Shown in pieces: positions 39,713-48,919 of a stretch of DNA of 64,000 nucleotides. The first letter of the stretch is position 1; the number at the start of each line of letters is the position of its first letter. The notes under the pieces were generated by a model. That model had not been told where the DNA came from. It worked only from the letters and a program-made list of their open reading frames with translations, and searched no databases. Position numbers and translations under genes: made by a program. Source of the stretch: Candidatus Omnitrophota bacterium (lineage in GTDB: Bacteria; Omnitrophota; Gorgyraeia; Zapsychrales; JANLHA01); NCBI GenBank assembly GCA_031423615.1, contig JANPFV010000082.1:4208-68207 (forward strand). The letters run 5' to 3'.

Positions 39713-40846
39713 TTGCGCCTATTTTTCTTGTATGTTACGATGTTGACCATGTTAAAAGAAATTAAAGCCCAGATCGACAAAAGCCTCGAACGCTTTCTCG
39801 ACAAAATCAAAATTGATTACAAACTTCACCTCGTCGATCCCATCCTTTATGCCAGCATCCGTGAATTTTGCCTGCGGGACGGCAAAAGGATCCGTCCTAT
39901 CCTGCTGGCGTTAAGTTACAAAGGCTACCGCAAAAACGCCGCCCGGATGTCTCCTTCCATTTATTATGCTTCCACCTGCATTGAACTCTTACATAACTTC
40001 ATGCTCATCCATGACGATATTATCGACCGTTCGGATCTTCGCCGGGGAAAACCGACATTGCATCGCCTTTTACAAAAAGCGGCCAACATTCCGCAGAAAG
40101 AACGGCTCGGCCGTGATTTAAGCCTCGTGGCCGGAGACATTGTTTATGCTTTGGCCATCGACGCATTTTTGTCGATCAACGAAGAATTGCAGCGCAAAGA
40201 ACGCGCGCTCAAATATTTTATTCAAACCGCGGTTTTTACGGCCATGGGGGAATTTGCCGACACCCTTCACGGCGTGCGCGGACTCAACAAAGTCACGGAG
40301 AAAGATGTTTTTCTGAATTACACCTTAAAAACCGCGCGTTATACTTTCGACTGTCCTTTGGTCGTCGGCGCCATTCTGGCCGGCGCAGGCCATAAAGACA
40401 TTAAATCTCTCTCGAAACTGGGCCTTTTAATCGGACAGGCTTTTCAAATCCAGGATGATGTGATCGGAATTTTTGACACCCAAAAGAATATCGGCAAATC
40501 GATATTAAGCGATTTGGCTGAGTCCAAAAAAACCCTCTTGGTCTGCCATGCTTACCGCGTCTTAAAAGGCCAGGAGCGTCAAAAGTTTTTAAAGATTTTT
40601 TCCAAGAATAAAAAAACTTACAACGATCTAATCGCCGTGCGGCAAATTTTTATCCAAGCCCAGAGCCTTAGCTATAGCTTAGAACAAATCCAGAGGCGCC
40701 TGGCCGAATCGCTTAAAATTTTACAGAACTTACAAATGGCGCCGAAATACAAAAAACTGATCGAGAAATGTCTCTTTCAGCTTTTTAAACACAGCGAAAT
40801 CCTCGGACGCCAATATCAGGTCAAGGCTGCTTCTTTTCGGCGCTGA
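39713..40846 (+). CDS. Polyprenyl diphosphate synthase (trans-IPPS). The true start is probably 27-36 nt downstream of the annotated one.
   Basis: First and second Asp-rich motifs, LIHDDIIDRSDLRRG and FQIQDDVIG. Confidence 0.85.
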   Translation: MRLFFLYVTMLTMLKEIKAQIDKSLERFLDKIKIDYKLHLVDPILYASIREFCLRDGKRIRPILLALSYKGYRKNAARMSPSIYYASTCIELLHNFMLIHDDIIDRSDLRRGKPTLHRLLQKAANIPQKERLGRDLSLVAGDIVYALAIDAFLSINEELQRKERALKYFIQTAVFTAMGEFADTLHGVRGLNKVTEKDVFLNYTLKTARYTFDCPLVVGAILAGAGHKDIKSLSKLGLLIGQAFQIQDDVIGIFDTQKNIGKSILSDLAESKKTLLVCHAYRVLKGQERQKFLKIFSKNKKTYNDLIAVRQIFIQAQSLSYSLEQIQRRLAESLKILQNLQMAPKYKKLIEKCLFQLFKHSEILGRQYQVKAASFRR

Positions 40847-42836
40847 GACTGGCCAATTCTTTTAAAAGTCCCTGCAATATTTCGTCATTCGGATTCACTT
40901 TAAGACCCTGCTTCCAAATAAAGGCGGCTTTTTCAAACTGGCCGGCGTTGGCAAAAATCTTTCCCGCTTCGACATAAGCAAAAAGATCTTGAGGATAGAG
41001 GGCTATGGCCTTTAAATAATATTTTATCGAATCTTTAATATGTCCTTTCCTCGCCAACAGGCCGCCCAACTCCTTTAAGAAACCTTGCCCCTGAATCACC
41101 AGCAAAAAATCTCCCGCGCGGTCAATTGTCGTTTGTGATCCGTGATCTTTCAGACTGAGAGCCAAAAGAGCATACAGCACCCGTTCATCCTTGGCTTGTT
41201 GGGCATACGCCCGACGGTAAAATTCCAATGCTTCTTCCCAATGCCCCTTTTGTTCCAAGACCTGACCCAAATTCAAATAAATTTCCAAGCTATAGGGATT
41301 GAGCGCATTGGCTTTACGCAAATGTTCCTCAGCCGCATCCAGTTTCATTTTTCGCAAATAGCACACACCCAAATTATTGTGTGTAACCGAAGATTCCGGA
41401 TTAACCTCCAGAGACTTTTTAAAATAATCAATGGCTTGGGCTTCTTCCCCTTCCTGCCACGCCATGTCGGCTAAATTTGTATAGATCTGCCAATCACTGC
41501 GCTCATTCGCAATAGCCCTTTGAAACCACATCTTCGCTTCGGCAAACTGGCCACGCAAAAACAAAGCATTGGCTAAATAAAAATTGACCATCTTATTTTG
41601 CGGTGCCTGTTTCTGCCAGTACCGGCACTGCCGGACTTCGTCCGCCCATAGGAAATTATACCGTTGAGAAACCACCGCCGGAACAATGATGATGACGGCC
41701 AGCAGACTTAAAAAGATCCCGGAGTCTCCCGCCCTTTTTATTTTCATGACAAACAGACTGGCCAAAGTGAATAAACCGATCGACGGGAAAAAAAGCCAGT
41801 GGGGTTCTATCATAAACCCTTCTTCCGGCCGGAACAGACAGCCCACTAAAATCGGCAACCATCCAATAAGAAACCAAAATAAAAAGGCGGTCTTTCTGTC
41901 ACGCAAACCCCATCGATAAATCAAAAAAACAATCGTTCCCATTCCGGCCCAAAAAACGCTTAACCATAAAACAAGGCGATTTTGCACGAGAGGAGTTGTC
42001 CACATCAGGACAATGCCTTGCAAGGTAAAAATTTTAGCGATATACCACGTAAAAATCTTTGTAAAGGTCGCGGCGTAATTTCCTAACGTCAGGCTGGAAA
42101 AACTGCCGGCACTCTCCAACACACTCACCTTCACACCGGCATAAATTAATGCAACTACAAAAAATGGCCCCGCGGAGGCAATCGACGACAGGCCACTTTT
42201 TTTGAAAAATACAAAAGCCACGAGAATCAAATAAAAAGGTAATGTCGCGGCGGTTTCGTGACACAACAATGCGGCCACAAAACCCAGCAAACTTAAAATA
42301 AAATAAAAATTTTTACGGCTTGTCCCGGTCATCGCTTGAGAATAAAAATAAATCGCCCCCAGCATCATGATGACCTCAACGGCTAAATATCCCGCCGAGA
42401 CATAATTGACCATCAATGTATTAATCGGATGAACAGCAAAAAGCACGGCGGTTAACAAACCCACATTGTCATCTTCCGTCAAACGCCGGATAACAATGTA
42501 AATCATAAAGCAGATCCCAACGAGCAACGCCAAATTCGTCAAGTGGTAGAAAACAACGTTTTTCCCAAACCAGAAATATTCCAAAGAAATAAGGACATGG
42601 CACAGCGGGCGATAATCCGTAGCGTAGGCCGAAGACTCCAATCCCAAAGACTTATTCCCTCCGGGCAGAAAATTATATAAAATCCTGTGCAGATTTTGCG
42701 TTAAAGGATTTTTTAAGAAAAGCGAATCATCATCAATCATAAAAGGATTGCCCAAACTGGAGCCATAGAGGGCAAAACAAAGCAAAAAAAGCAATCCCGA
42801 GACTAACCACATCCGTTGAGAAATATTCTTAAGCAT
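40821..42836 (-). CDS. Membrane protein with a GT39/PMT_2-like multi-TM N-terminal domain and C-terminal TPR repeats (TMTC-like).
   Basis: About 11 TM helices followed by at least 6 TPR-like repeats. Confidence 0.55.
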   Translation of the reverse strand: MLKNISQRMWLVSGLLFLLCFALYGSSLGNPFMIDDDSLFLKNPLTQNLHRILYNFLPGGNKSLGLESSAYATDYRPLCHVLISLEYFWFGKNVVFYHLTNLALLVGICFMIYIVIRRLTEDDNVGLLTAVLFAVHPINTLMVNYVSAGYLAVEVIMMLGAIYFYSQAMTGTSRKNFYFILSLLGFVAALLCHETAATLPFYLILVAFVFFKKSGLSSIASAGPFFVVALIYAGVKVSVLESAGSFSSLTLGNYAATFTKIFTWYIAKIFTLQGIVLMWTTPLVQNRLVLWLSVFWAGMGTIVFLIYRWGLRDRKTAFLFWFLIGWLPILVGCLFRPEEGFMIEPHWLFFPSIGLFTLASLFVMKIKRAGDSGIFLSLLAVIIIVPAVVSQRYNFLWADEVRQCRYWQKQAPQNKMVNFYLANALFLRGQFAEAKMWFQRAIANERSDWQIYTNLADMAWQEGEEAQAIDYFKKSLEVNPESSVTHNNLGVCYLRKMKLDAAEEHLRKANALNPYSLEIYLNLGQVLEQKGHWEEALEFYRRAYAQQAKDERVLYALLALSLKDHGSQTTIDRAGDFLLVIQGQGFLKELGGLLARKGHIKDSIKYYLKAIALYPQDLFAYVEAGKIFANAGQFEKAAFIWKQGLKVNPNDEILQGLLKELASLSAEKKQP

Positions 42837-42853
42837 TTTTTCTCCGTTGCTTC

Positions 42854-43957
42854 TTAAATAATTTTTACGGCAATGGCATCTAAAACCAAACGACCGGCTG
42901 CGGTCGCTTGCAGACGCGGTCCGTTCAACGACAATAAACCCTGGTCGATCAAATTATCGATCTGTTGTCGAAGGTCCTTCGGTAATTGGCAATTCAATTT
43001 TTCTTCATGTTCACAGACAATGACGCCTGTATTCATTCTTAAACCAAAAATCAGCGCTTCTCGCAAGCGCGCTTCTTTCGAGAGAACTTCATGTCCTTCT
43101 TCGGGACTCTCTTGGGCTTGCACCTTCTTTAAATAATCCGCCAGCCGGCTGGTGTTCCAATTCCGACGGCCGTCGAGGTGGCCGTGGCTGCCCATTCCCA
43201 GGCCAATATAATTTCCACCTTGCCAATAATTAATATTGTGCTTTGATTCAAAACCCGGCCGGCTAAAATTGCTGACTTCATACTGAGACATCCCAGCGTC
43301 ATTGAGCAATGACGTGACCAAAACATATTGCTCGGCTTGGGCGTGATCATCCTGCTGCCGGATCTTCTGGACATAAAATTTGCTATGCTCCTCGACCGTC
43401 AAAGTATAAATCGAAACATGTTCGCTGCCCAGATCCAGCACCGCCTTGACATCCTTTTCGATTTGCTCGGGTGTCTGCTGCAAAAAAGAATACATCAAGT
43501 CGACATTGATGTTTTTAAACCCAGCCGCGCGCAAATCCCTAAACGCATACAAAGCCTTAAAGGAATCATGAACCCGCCCCAGATATTTCAAATAAGCATC
43601 ATTCAGTGTCTGTATGCCCAGACTAACACGATTGACGCCGAGGCTAAACAGGAGTTTTGCTTTTTCTGGATTCAGATTTTCGGGATTGGCTTCAACGGTT
43701 ATTTCGCAGTCCGGCGAAATAACAAAGCGCTGTCGCAACATCATAAACAACCGTTCAATTTGCGCGGGCGTCAAAAGACTCGGCGTTCCGCCTCCCAAAT
43801 AAATCGTTTTAAGATGTTCTCCATGATATCGGCCGGCCTCCGCAGACAAGGCCGCCACATATTCATCCCTGCGGTGCTCTTGGGCGATAGAGACGGCAAA
43901 GGAACAATAAAAACATTTGCGTTCGCAAAAGGGAATATGAATATAAAGAGATGTCAT
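42854..43957 (-). CDS. hemW: Radical SAM heme chaperone HemW; start re-assigned to MTSLYIHIPFCERKCFYCSF.
   Basis: CxxxCxxC radical SAM motif and HemN C-terminal domain. Confidence 0.85.
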   Translation of the reverse strand: MTSLYIHIPFCERKCFYCSFAVSIAQEHRRDEYVAALSAEAGRYHGEHLKTIYLGGGTPSLLTPAQIERLFMMLRQRFVISPDCEITVEANPENLNPEKAKLLFSLGVNRVSLGIQTLNDAYLKYLGRVHDSFKALYAFRDLRAAGFKNINVDLMYSFLQQTPEQIEKDVKAVLDLGSEHVSIYTLTVEEHSKFYVQKIRQQDDHAQAEQYVLVTSLLNDAGMSQYEVSNFSRPGFESKHNINYWQGGNYIGLGMGSHGHLDGRRNWNTSRLADYLKKVQAQESPEEGHEVLSKEARLREALIFGLRMNTGVIVCEHEEKLNCQLPKDLRQQIDNLIDQGLLSLNGPRLQATAAGRLVLDAIAVKII

Positions 43958-44233
43958 AAAATTATTTAAATTTTTATTTTTTCTTACGCTTTGCGCATAA
44001 TTAACATTTTTTTCGCAATTGTTTTTACAATCCACTGTGACTATTTAGCGGTCGGTGAAGAATTTTATTTCTCCGTCGGATAAAACGCCATTATTTTTTT
44101 ATTTCTATTTTAACAGAATTAATTTTAATAAAAAATTGTTTAGAAAATTTTTGCATCTCTTATCCCGTATGTTATTATTAAAACATAATTAGCAATTCAA
44201 CATCATCTTTATCTCTGAGAAAGGAGACAAACG

Positions 44234-44284
44234 ATGGCTACAAAGAAAAAAGCAGCTAAGAAAAAGACAGCTAAGAGAAAATAA
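44234..44284 (+). CDS. 16-aa lysine-rich micro-ORF, MATKKKAAKKKTAKRK, carried on its own transcription unit.
   Basis: AAGGAG Shine-Dalgarno 7 nt upstream; a TTGCAT-16 nt-TATTAT promoter about 60 nt upstream; a strong terminator 28 nt downstream. Below the ORF-track size cutoff. Confidence 0.45.
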   Translation: MATKKKAAKKKTAKRK

Positions 44285-44311
44285 TTCTCAAAGCCCGCAT
44301 TTACCAGCAAA

Positions 44312-44344
44312 CCCCTCGGCATCAAACCCGGGGGGTTTTGGTTT
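44312..44344 (+). terminator. Rho-independent terminator after the micro-ORF.
   Basis: CCCCUCGG-8 nt loop-CCGGGGGG stem followed by UUUUGGUUU. Confidence 0.65.
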
Positions 44345-44360
44345 ATGATATACTAAACCC

Positions 44361-46736
44361 ATGCCGCGATCCCGATCTTTTGATCATCCTCTAAAAATAT
44401 CTTTTCTTTTGGCCTTTGTCCTGTCTTTGGCTTTTTACGATATAGTTTTTCTCAACAAAACATTTAAAGTCACCACCGCGAATTCTCAAGCGCTCCCTAG
44501 CGGCGTTTATGGACAGCAAGACAACAAACCCCGTTTCATTCCGGCCAACGGAACGGACGCGCCGGTTTCCGAAGAGCCTATTTACGAATTTATAAAACAA
44601 AATATCCGTCGAGGAATTCTGCCACTGTGGAACCCCCATCAAGCCTGCGGTTATGCTTTGATTGGCATGCTTGAAATCGGCCTCTTCTTTCCCCTGACGC
44701 TCATTATGTATATTCTCCCCAATATAATGGCCTGGGACTGCCTCATCTTAGCGCGACTTTTCTTTGCGGGATTATTCATGTTTTGGTTTATGCGGCGGAT
44801 GGGGTTTAAAGATCCCCCCGCTTTATGCAGCGCGATCGTATTTATGCTCAGCGGGCCTATGATCTTACTGCAATATTGGACCGCGAATGTGGATTTGCTG
44901 ACCCCGCTCTTACTTTTGGCGCTGGATCGACTTATTATTAGAGAAGCTAGCCCAAAGTCCATCGCCTTTCTGAGTATAACCATCGCCTTAACAATCTTTG
45001 CCGGACATCCGGAACATGTTTTCTTGGTCAATGCCTTTGGCTTGACTTTTTTTCTTTATCGAACGTTCTCGCTTCATTATAAACCCGCCTACAAAAAGAT
45101 ATTTTTCTCTTATGCCGTGGCCTATGGACTGGGCGTCGGCCTCGCGGCGATCGTCTTCTTTCCCTTTTTAAACAATCTCATGGCTGGAGAATTCTGGACA
45201 GGCCATCCCGACGGCACGGGACTTTTGATGGAAGAACAGCGCGATCGCGCTCTATCTTTAGCTTTGCCCCATTTTTTTCAAAAAGAAAATTTAACTTTCG
45301 ATTTCACGTTTGCCGGTTGGTGGGGCGGGTATCTGGGAACCTTGCCGCTGGCCCTCGCCTTTTTAAGTTTATTTAACAAACAGAAGCGAGGTCTCAACTA
45401 TTTCTTCGGCATCTTACTGGTCCTGATCATCAGCAAAGAATACGGCCTGTTTTTTATCAATTGGATAGGGCATTTGCCTCTCTTTGATACCTGTCGTTAC
45501 GCCATTCATACCCCCCCTTTAGCCGCCTTCACCGTCGCTATACTCAGTGGAATGGGACTGCGGAGTATTTCACAGGCCAAGAAATATTTTTTCAAAGGCC
45601 TGGTCTTTGTGGCTGGTCTTTCGGTGATCGTGATGTTGCATCTTTTTTTTCTACGAAAAAGCGGACATTTTGACATTTCCCTCCAAGCCAGTGCCTTTGC
45701 TTTGTTTTTGTTAATATTATTTCAAATCATTTTATGGCTCAAAGACCGCGGACTTCTCAAAAGAAAAACCGTGGGCCTTATTATGGTCACCTTGATCTTT
45801 TCTGAATTGTTTCTCTATATTCACCGGGAACATCCTCGCCGCTTTGATTCTTTCGCTAAAGTTCCTTATATCGAATTCTTAAAATCGCAAGACACCCCCA
45901 GCCGTAGCTATGGCATCTTTTGGGCCTTTTATCCCAACACCGCAACCGGTTTCGGCGTGGATGATCTGGGATATTTTCTGGGGTTAGTCCCGAGCCGCTA
46001 TGTGGATTTCGTAAATGCGCTGGTCCTGGAAAATCATTTTCAAAAAAACCTCCGTCCCCCGGCTTTGCGCGCCATGCCTATTGCCGCTGACAAGCGTAAT
46101 ATTCTGGATCTCCTCAATGTCCGTTATATTATTGTCCCGACGGACGGACGGTTCAAAAAATTACTGCCCGACCCTGAAGAATTTAAAAAACAAATGAAAA
46201 TGGTTTATAGCGGGGAAGTTGTGATTTATGAAAGACCCCATGTTTTGCCGCGGGCCTATATTGTCCGGCGCGTTATTTTTACGCCCGATAAAGATAAATC
46301 CCTGGATTTTATCAAACGCCTAGGTCTGGCCGCTCACGAGGGTGTGGTGATCACCCATGCGCCGGACCGAAAAATTTCTTCACACATCAATGCTTTGCCG
46401 ATCCACGACGCATCAAGCATAAAAATTATCCGTTCAAATCCCAATGACGTTGTTTTGCAGGCGGAAATGAAAAATGCGGGATTAGTCGTTCTCTCCGATG
46501 CGTATCATCCCGACTGGAAGGTTTATATCGACGGAAAAGCCAGTGAGGTTTTTCAAACGAATTATCTGGTGCGCTCCGTTTTTGTGCCGGAAGGCCGGCA
46601 CAGGGTGCAGTTTATTTTTAGTCCTAAATCTTTTTACGCAGGCCTCGCTGTCAGCATCGTGTCCTTGCTTTTACTCATCGGACTTTTCTTTCTTCCCAAT
46701 AAAAAACCCCCGTCCACTTTCGCAAACAGGGGCTGA
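44361..46736 (+). CDS. YfhO-family polytopic membrane protein (glycosyl/lipid transferase type).
   Basis: 791 aa, more than 12 TM helices, and a YfhO-like C-terminal extracytoplasmic domain. Confidence 0.7.
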   Translation: MPRSRSFDHPLKISFLLAFVLSLAFYDIVFLNKTFKVTTANSQALPSGVYGQQDNKPRFIPANGTDAPVSEEPIYEFIKQNIRRGILPLWNPHQACGYALIGMLEIGLFFPLTLIMYILPNIMAWDCLILARLFFAGLFMFWFMRRMGFKDPPALCSAIVFMLSGPMILLQYWTANVDLLTPLLLLALDRLIIREASPKSIAFLSITIALTIFAGHPEHVFLVNAFGLTFFLYRTFSLHYKPAYKKIFFSYAVAYGLGVGLAAIVFFPFLNNLMAGEFWTGHPDGTGLLMEEQRDRALSLALPHFFQKENLTFDFTFAGWWGGYLGTLPLALAFLSLFNKQKRGLNYFFGILLVLIISKEYGLFFINWIGHLPLFDTCRYAIHTPPLAAFTVAILSGMGLRSISQAKKYFFKGLVFVAGLSVIVMLHLFFLRKSGHFDISLQASAFALFLLILFQIILWLKDRGLLKRKTVGLIMVTLIFSELFLYIHREHPRRFDSFAKVPYIEFLKSQDTPSRSYGIFWAFYPNTATGFGVDDLGYFLGLVPSRYVDFVNALVLENHFQKNLRPPALRAMPIAADKRNILDLLNVRYIIVPTDGRFKKLLPDPEEFKKQMKMVYSGEVVIYERPHVLPRAYIVRRVIFTPDKDKSLDFIKRLGLAAHEGVVITHAPDRKISSHINALPIHDASSIKIIRSNPNDVVLQAEMKNAGLVVLSDAYHPDWKVYIDGKASEVFQTNYLVRSVFVPEGRHRVQFIFSPKSFYAGLAVSIVSLLLLIGLFFLPNKKPPSTFANRG

Positions 46737-46748
46737 CTCAATGGCTTC

Positions 46749-47018
46749 TTATTTCTTCTTGCGGTTAGTCATCTTTTTTGTTTTCTCGGTACGCTTGGAA
46801 CGGGCCTGACCTTTACGTTTCTTAGCTTGGATAGCCGTATATTTTTCTGGAAGATGATATTTCATCCAGCCTTCGGCATAAAGCTTAAGCCATTCATCCG
46901 TCGCACGTTCAATTCCGATGGAATATCCTGCCTTCTGGCTTTCAATCCACAAATGCCGATTGATTTCTTCAATCACGCGTTTGTCCTTCAGTAAGTCACG
47001 AAGTTCATCAATTTTCAT
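46749..47018 (-). CDS. Hypothetical small protein with a highly basic C-terminal tail.
   Basis: ORF with tail KKRKGQARSKRTEKTKKMTNRKKK. Confidence 0.4.
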   Translation of the reverse strand: MKIDELRDLLKDKRVIEEINRHLWIESQKAGYSIGIERATDEWLKLYAEGWMKYHLPEKYTAIQAKKRKGQARSKRTEKTKKMTNRKKK

Positions 47019-47097
47019 AAGCCCTCACAGTGTTTCCCGCTTTTTGAAAGTCAGTATAGCGTACTTCCTTTAAAACACAAAAGAAAATTATCCCTAT

Positions 47098-47829
47098 TTA
47101 CTTTAAAATTTCCCGGCTTCCCGAATACGGACGGGACTGTGCCAACTGTGAAAATAAAATGCCCAGCTCATAAAGAATGAGCAGCGGAATGGTCAAAATG
47201 ATCTGGCTGACTACGTCGGGAGGCGTCAAAATGGCGGCCACGATCAGAATGAAAACAATCGCATAACGGCGTTTCTGCCGTAAAAACTCTGGCGTCGCAA
47301 TTCCGATCCGCGCCAGAAATCCCAGAATAAGAGGCAATTCAAATGTCACCCCCGATGAAATCACGATGGTCCCGATAAAAGAAATATATTTGTCCACCGT
47401 GATCATGGGCACCATCCACGATGAAGAAAAACTGAGAAGAAAATTAATGGAAATGGGCAGCATCACAAAATATCCGAAAGCGGCCCCGCCCAAAAAAAAC
47501 AGCAAGGACAACGGGCCGAAAATTTTCACGTAACGCTGTTCCTCTATTGTTAAACCGAGGCTGATAAATTTCCAAAACTGATAAAGGATGACGGGAAGAG
47601 CCACAAAAAAGCCGCCAATCATGGCCAAGGTCACATGGGCATTGAACGCTTCAGCCGGAGAAGTAAAAACGATCTTTCCAACGGGGCGAACTACGTAACG
47701 GATCACCGGGTCGAGCCAATTCCAGACGACGATTGACCCGATGCCGAAGGCGGCGAGTGATTTGATCAAACGGCCGCGCAATTCATGCAAATGGGTGAAA
47801 AATGAAAGGACTTGCGGAGAGAAAGACAT
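47098..47829 (-). CDS. tatC: Twin-arginine translocase subunit TatC.
   Basis: Six TM helices and the TatC N-terminal motif HLHELRGRL. Confidence 0.9.
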   Translation of the reverse strand: MSFSPQVLSFFTHLHELRGRLIKSLAAFGIGSIVVWNWLDPVIRYVVRPVGKIVFTSPAEAFNAHVTLAMIGGFFVALPVILYQFWKFISLGLTIEEQRYVKIFGPLSLLFFLGGAAFGYFVMLPISINFLLSFSSSWMVPMITVDKYISFIGTIVISSGVTFELPLILGFLARIGIATPEFLRQKRRYAIVFILIVAAILTPPDVVSQIILTIPLLILYELGILFSQLAQSRPYSGSREILK

Positions 47830-47945
47830 GATAAAAATACGACCCGGAAACTAGTGCACGGTCAAATTAATTTTAAAAAGTTTACCTTTAGAAAAAGTGC
47901 ACTGTTGTACTGTGTTTCACTATTAACAATTAGATTTACACAGTA

Positions 47946-48119
47946 CTAGGCGTCTTTATTTTCATTTTCCTTTTTGTCGGTATCTCCTTTAAGGGCTTTT
48001 TGGAATTCCCTGATCGCCTTTCCCAAGGAACTGCCAATTTCCGGCAGGCGCTTGGAACCAAAAAGAAAAAGAATAACGACTAAAATCAAAAGCAATTCCA
48101 GAATTCCTATACGTCCCAT
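47946..48119 (-). CDS. tatA: Twin-arginine translocase subunit TatA/E (57 aa), not in the ORF track.
   Basis: Hand-translated as MGRIGILELLLILVVILFLFGSKRLPEIGSSLGKAIREFQKALKGDTDKKENENKDA; GAGGAG Shine-Dalgarno upstream; directly upstream of tatC. Confidence 0.8.
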   Translation of the reverse strand: MGRIGILELLLILVVILFLFGSKRLPEIGSSLGKAIREFQKALKGDTDKKENENKDA

Positions 48120-48138
48120 GACCGCGACTCCTCTTTTT

Positions 48139-48744
48139 TTATTCTGACTTCACGTGATAATAATCTCTGGTAAAATCCGCTACTTTTTTGTCGACCGGCT
48201 CGACATAAGAAACCACATCCAAGGCCGACGTGACTTTGACCACTCCGACTTTATTATTATCCGCCTCATAAACATTCAGCCGGCTTCCTTTATGCACGCC
48301 ATTTAGAACACCCAAGGTCACCATACATCTTGAGGTTTTGCGGTCAATCCATAACGAACCTTCTTTCCGTGTGGCTTCACTCTCATCATGAATCTTTTCC
48401 GAAGCCCGGACCACCTTTTCTAAATCCAGAACACGGCCCACCTTGGACTGCAACGTTTCCGCCTTATTGTTCGCCGCTTCTTTTTCTGTGCTGACTAAAT
48501 GCAATTTTTGATTCAAGTCTTGAAATTCGACTTCTTTGGCACTTTGAGCATTGACGGTCAAGTACAACAAAAAGACCGCGCCAATAAATGAAGCTGAGAT
48601 GAAAATAAGTCCGGTTATAATCTGCTTTTTCCCGTCGGGTATTTTAGCAGATGGCCGAATGGGCATCGAAGCTTTTCCAACAGCTTTGGGCCCCGGCCCG
48701 GCTGGATCCGTGGCCTTCTCTTTCTTTCCAAAGGGAAGTTTCAT
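48139..48744 (-). CDS. Hypothetical membrane-anchored protein, co-oriented with and immediately upstream of tatA.
   Basis: One TM helix; I recognised no domain. Confidence 0.45.
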   Translation of the reverse strand: MKLPFGKKEKATDPAGPGPKAVGKASMPIRPSAKIPDGKKQIITGLIFISASFIGAVFLLYLTVNAQSAKEVEFQDLNQKLHLVSTEKEAANNKAETLQSKVGRVLDLEKVVRASEKIHDESEATRKEGSLWIDRKTSRCMVTLGVLNGVHKGSRLNVYEADNNKVGVVKVTSALDVVSYVEPVDKKVADFTRDYYHVKSE

Positions 48745-48919
48745 GGCTTCATCATATCACACTCTTGGGACTCCTTATACCCTTTGCGCCAAAAAAAAGT
48801 TGCATTCTTATCACTCACATGCCATAATAAAACCAGTAATGGAGGCCAACTGATAGCTTAACGCAACTCAAGGCCTATCACCTTATAAGGGCGACCCTCA
48901 AAGAGTCGTCCTTATTATT

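Noticed and set aside
44234-44284. Micro-ORF as a lysine-sensing attenuator leader peptide.
   Set aside because: The downstream gene is a YfhO-family membrane transferase, not a lysine biosynthesis or transport gene. I kept it only as a secondary hypothesis.
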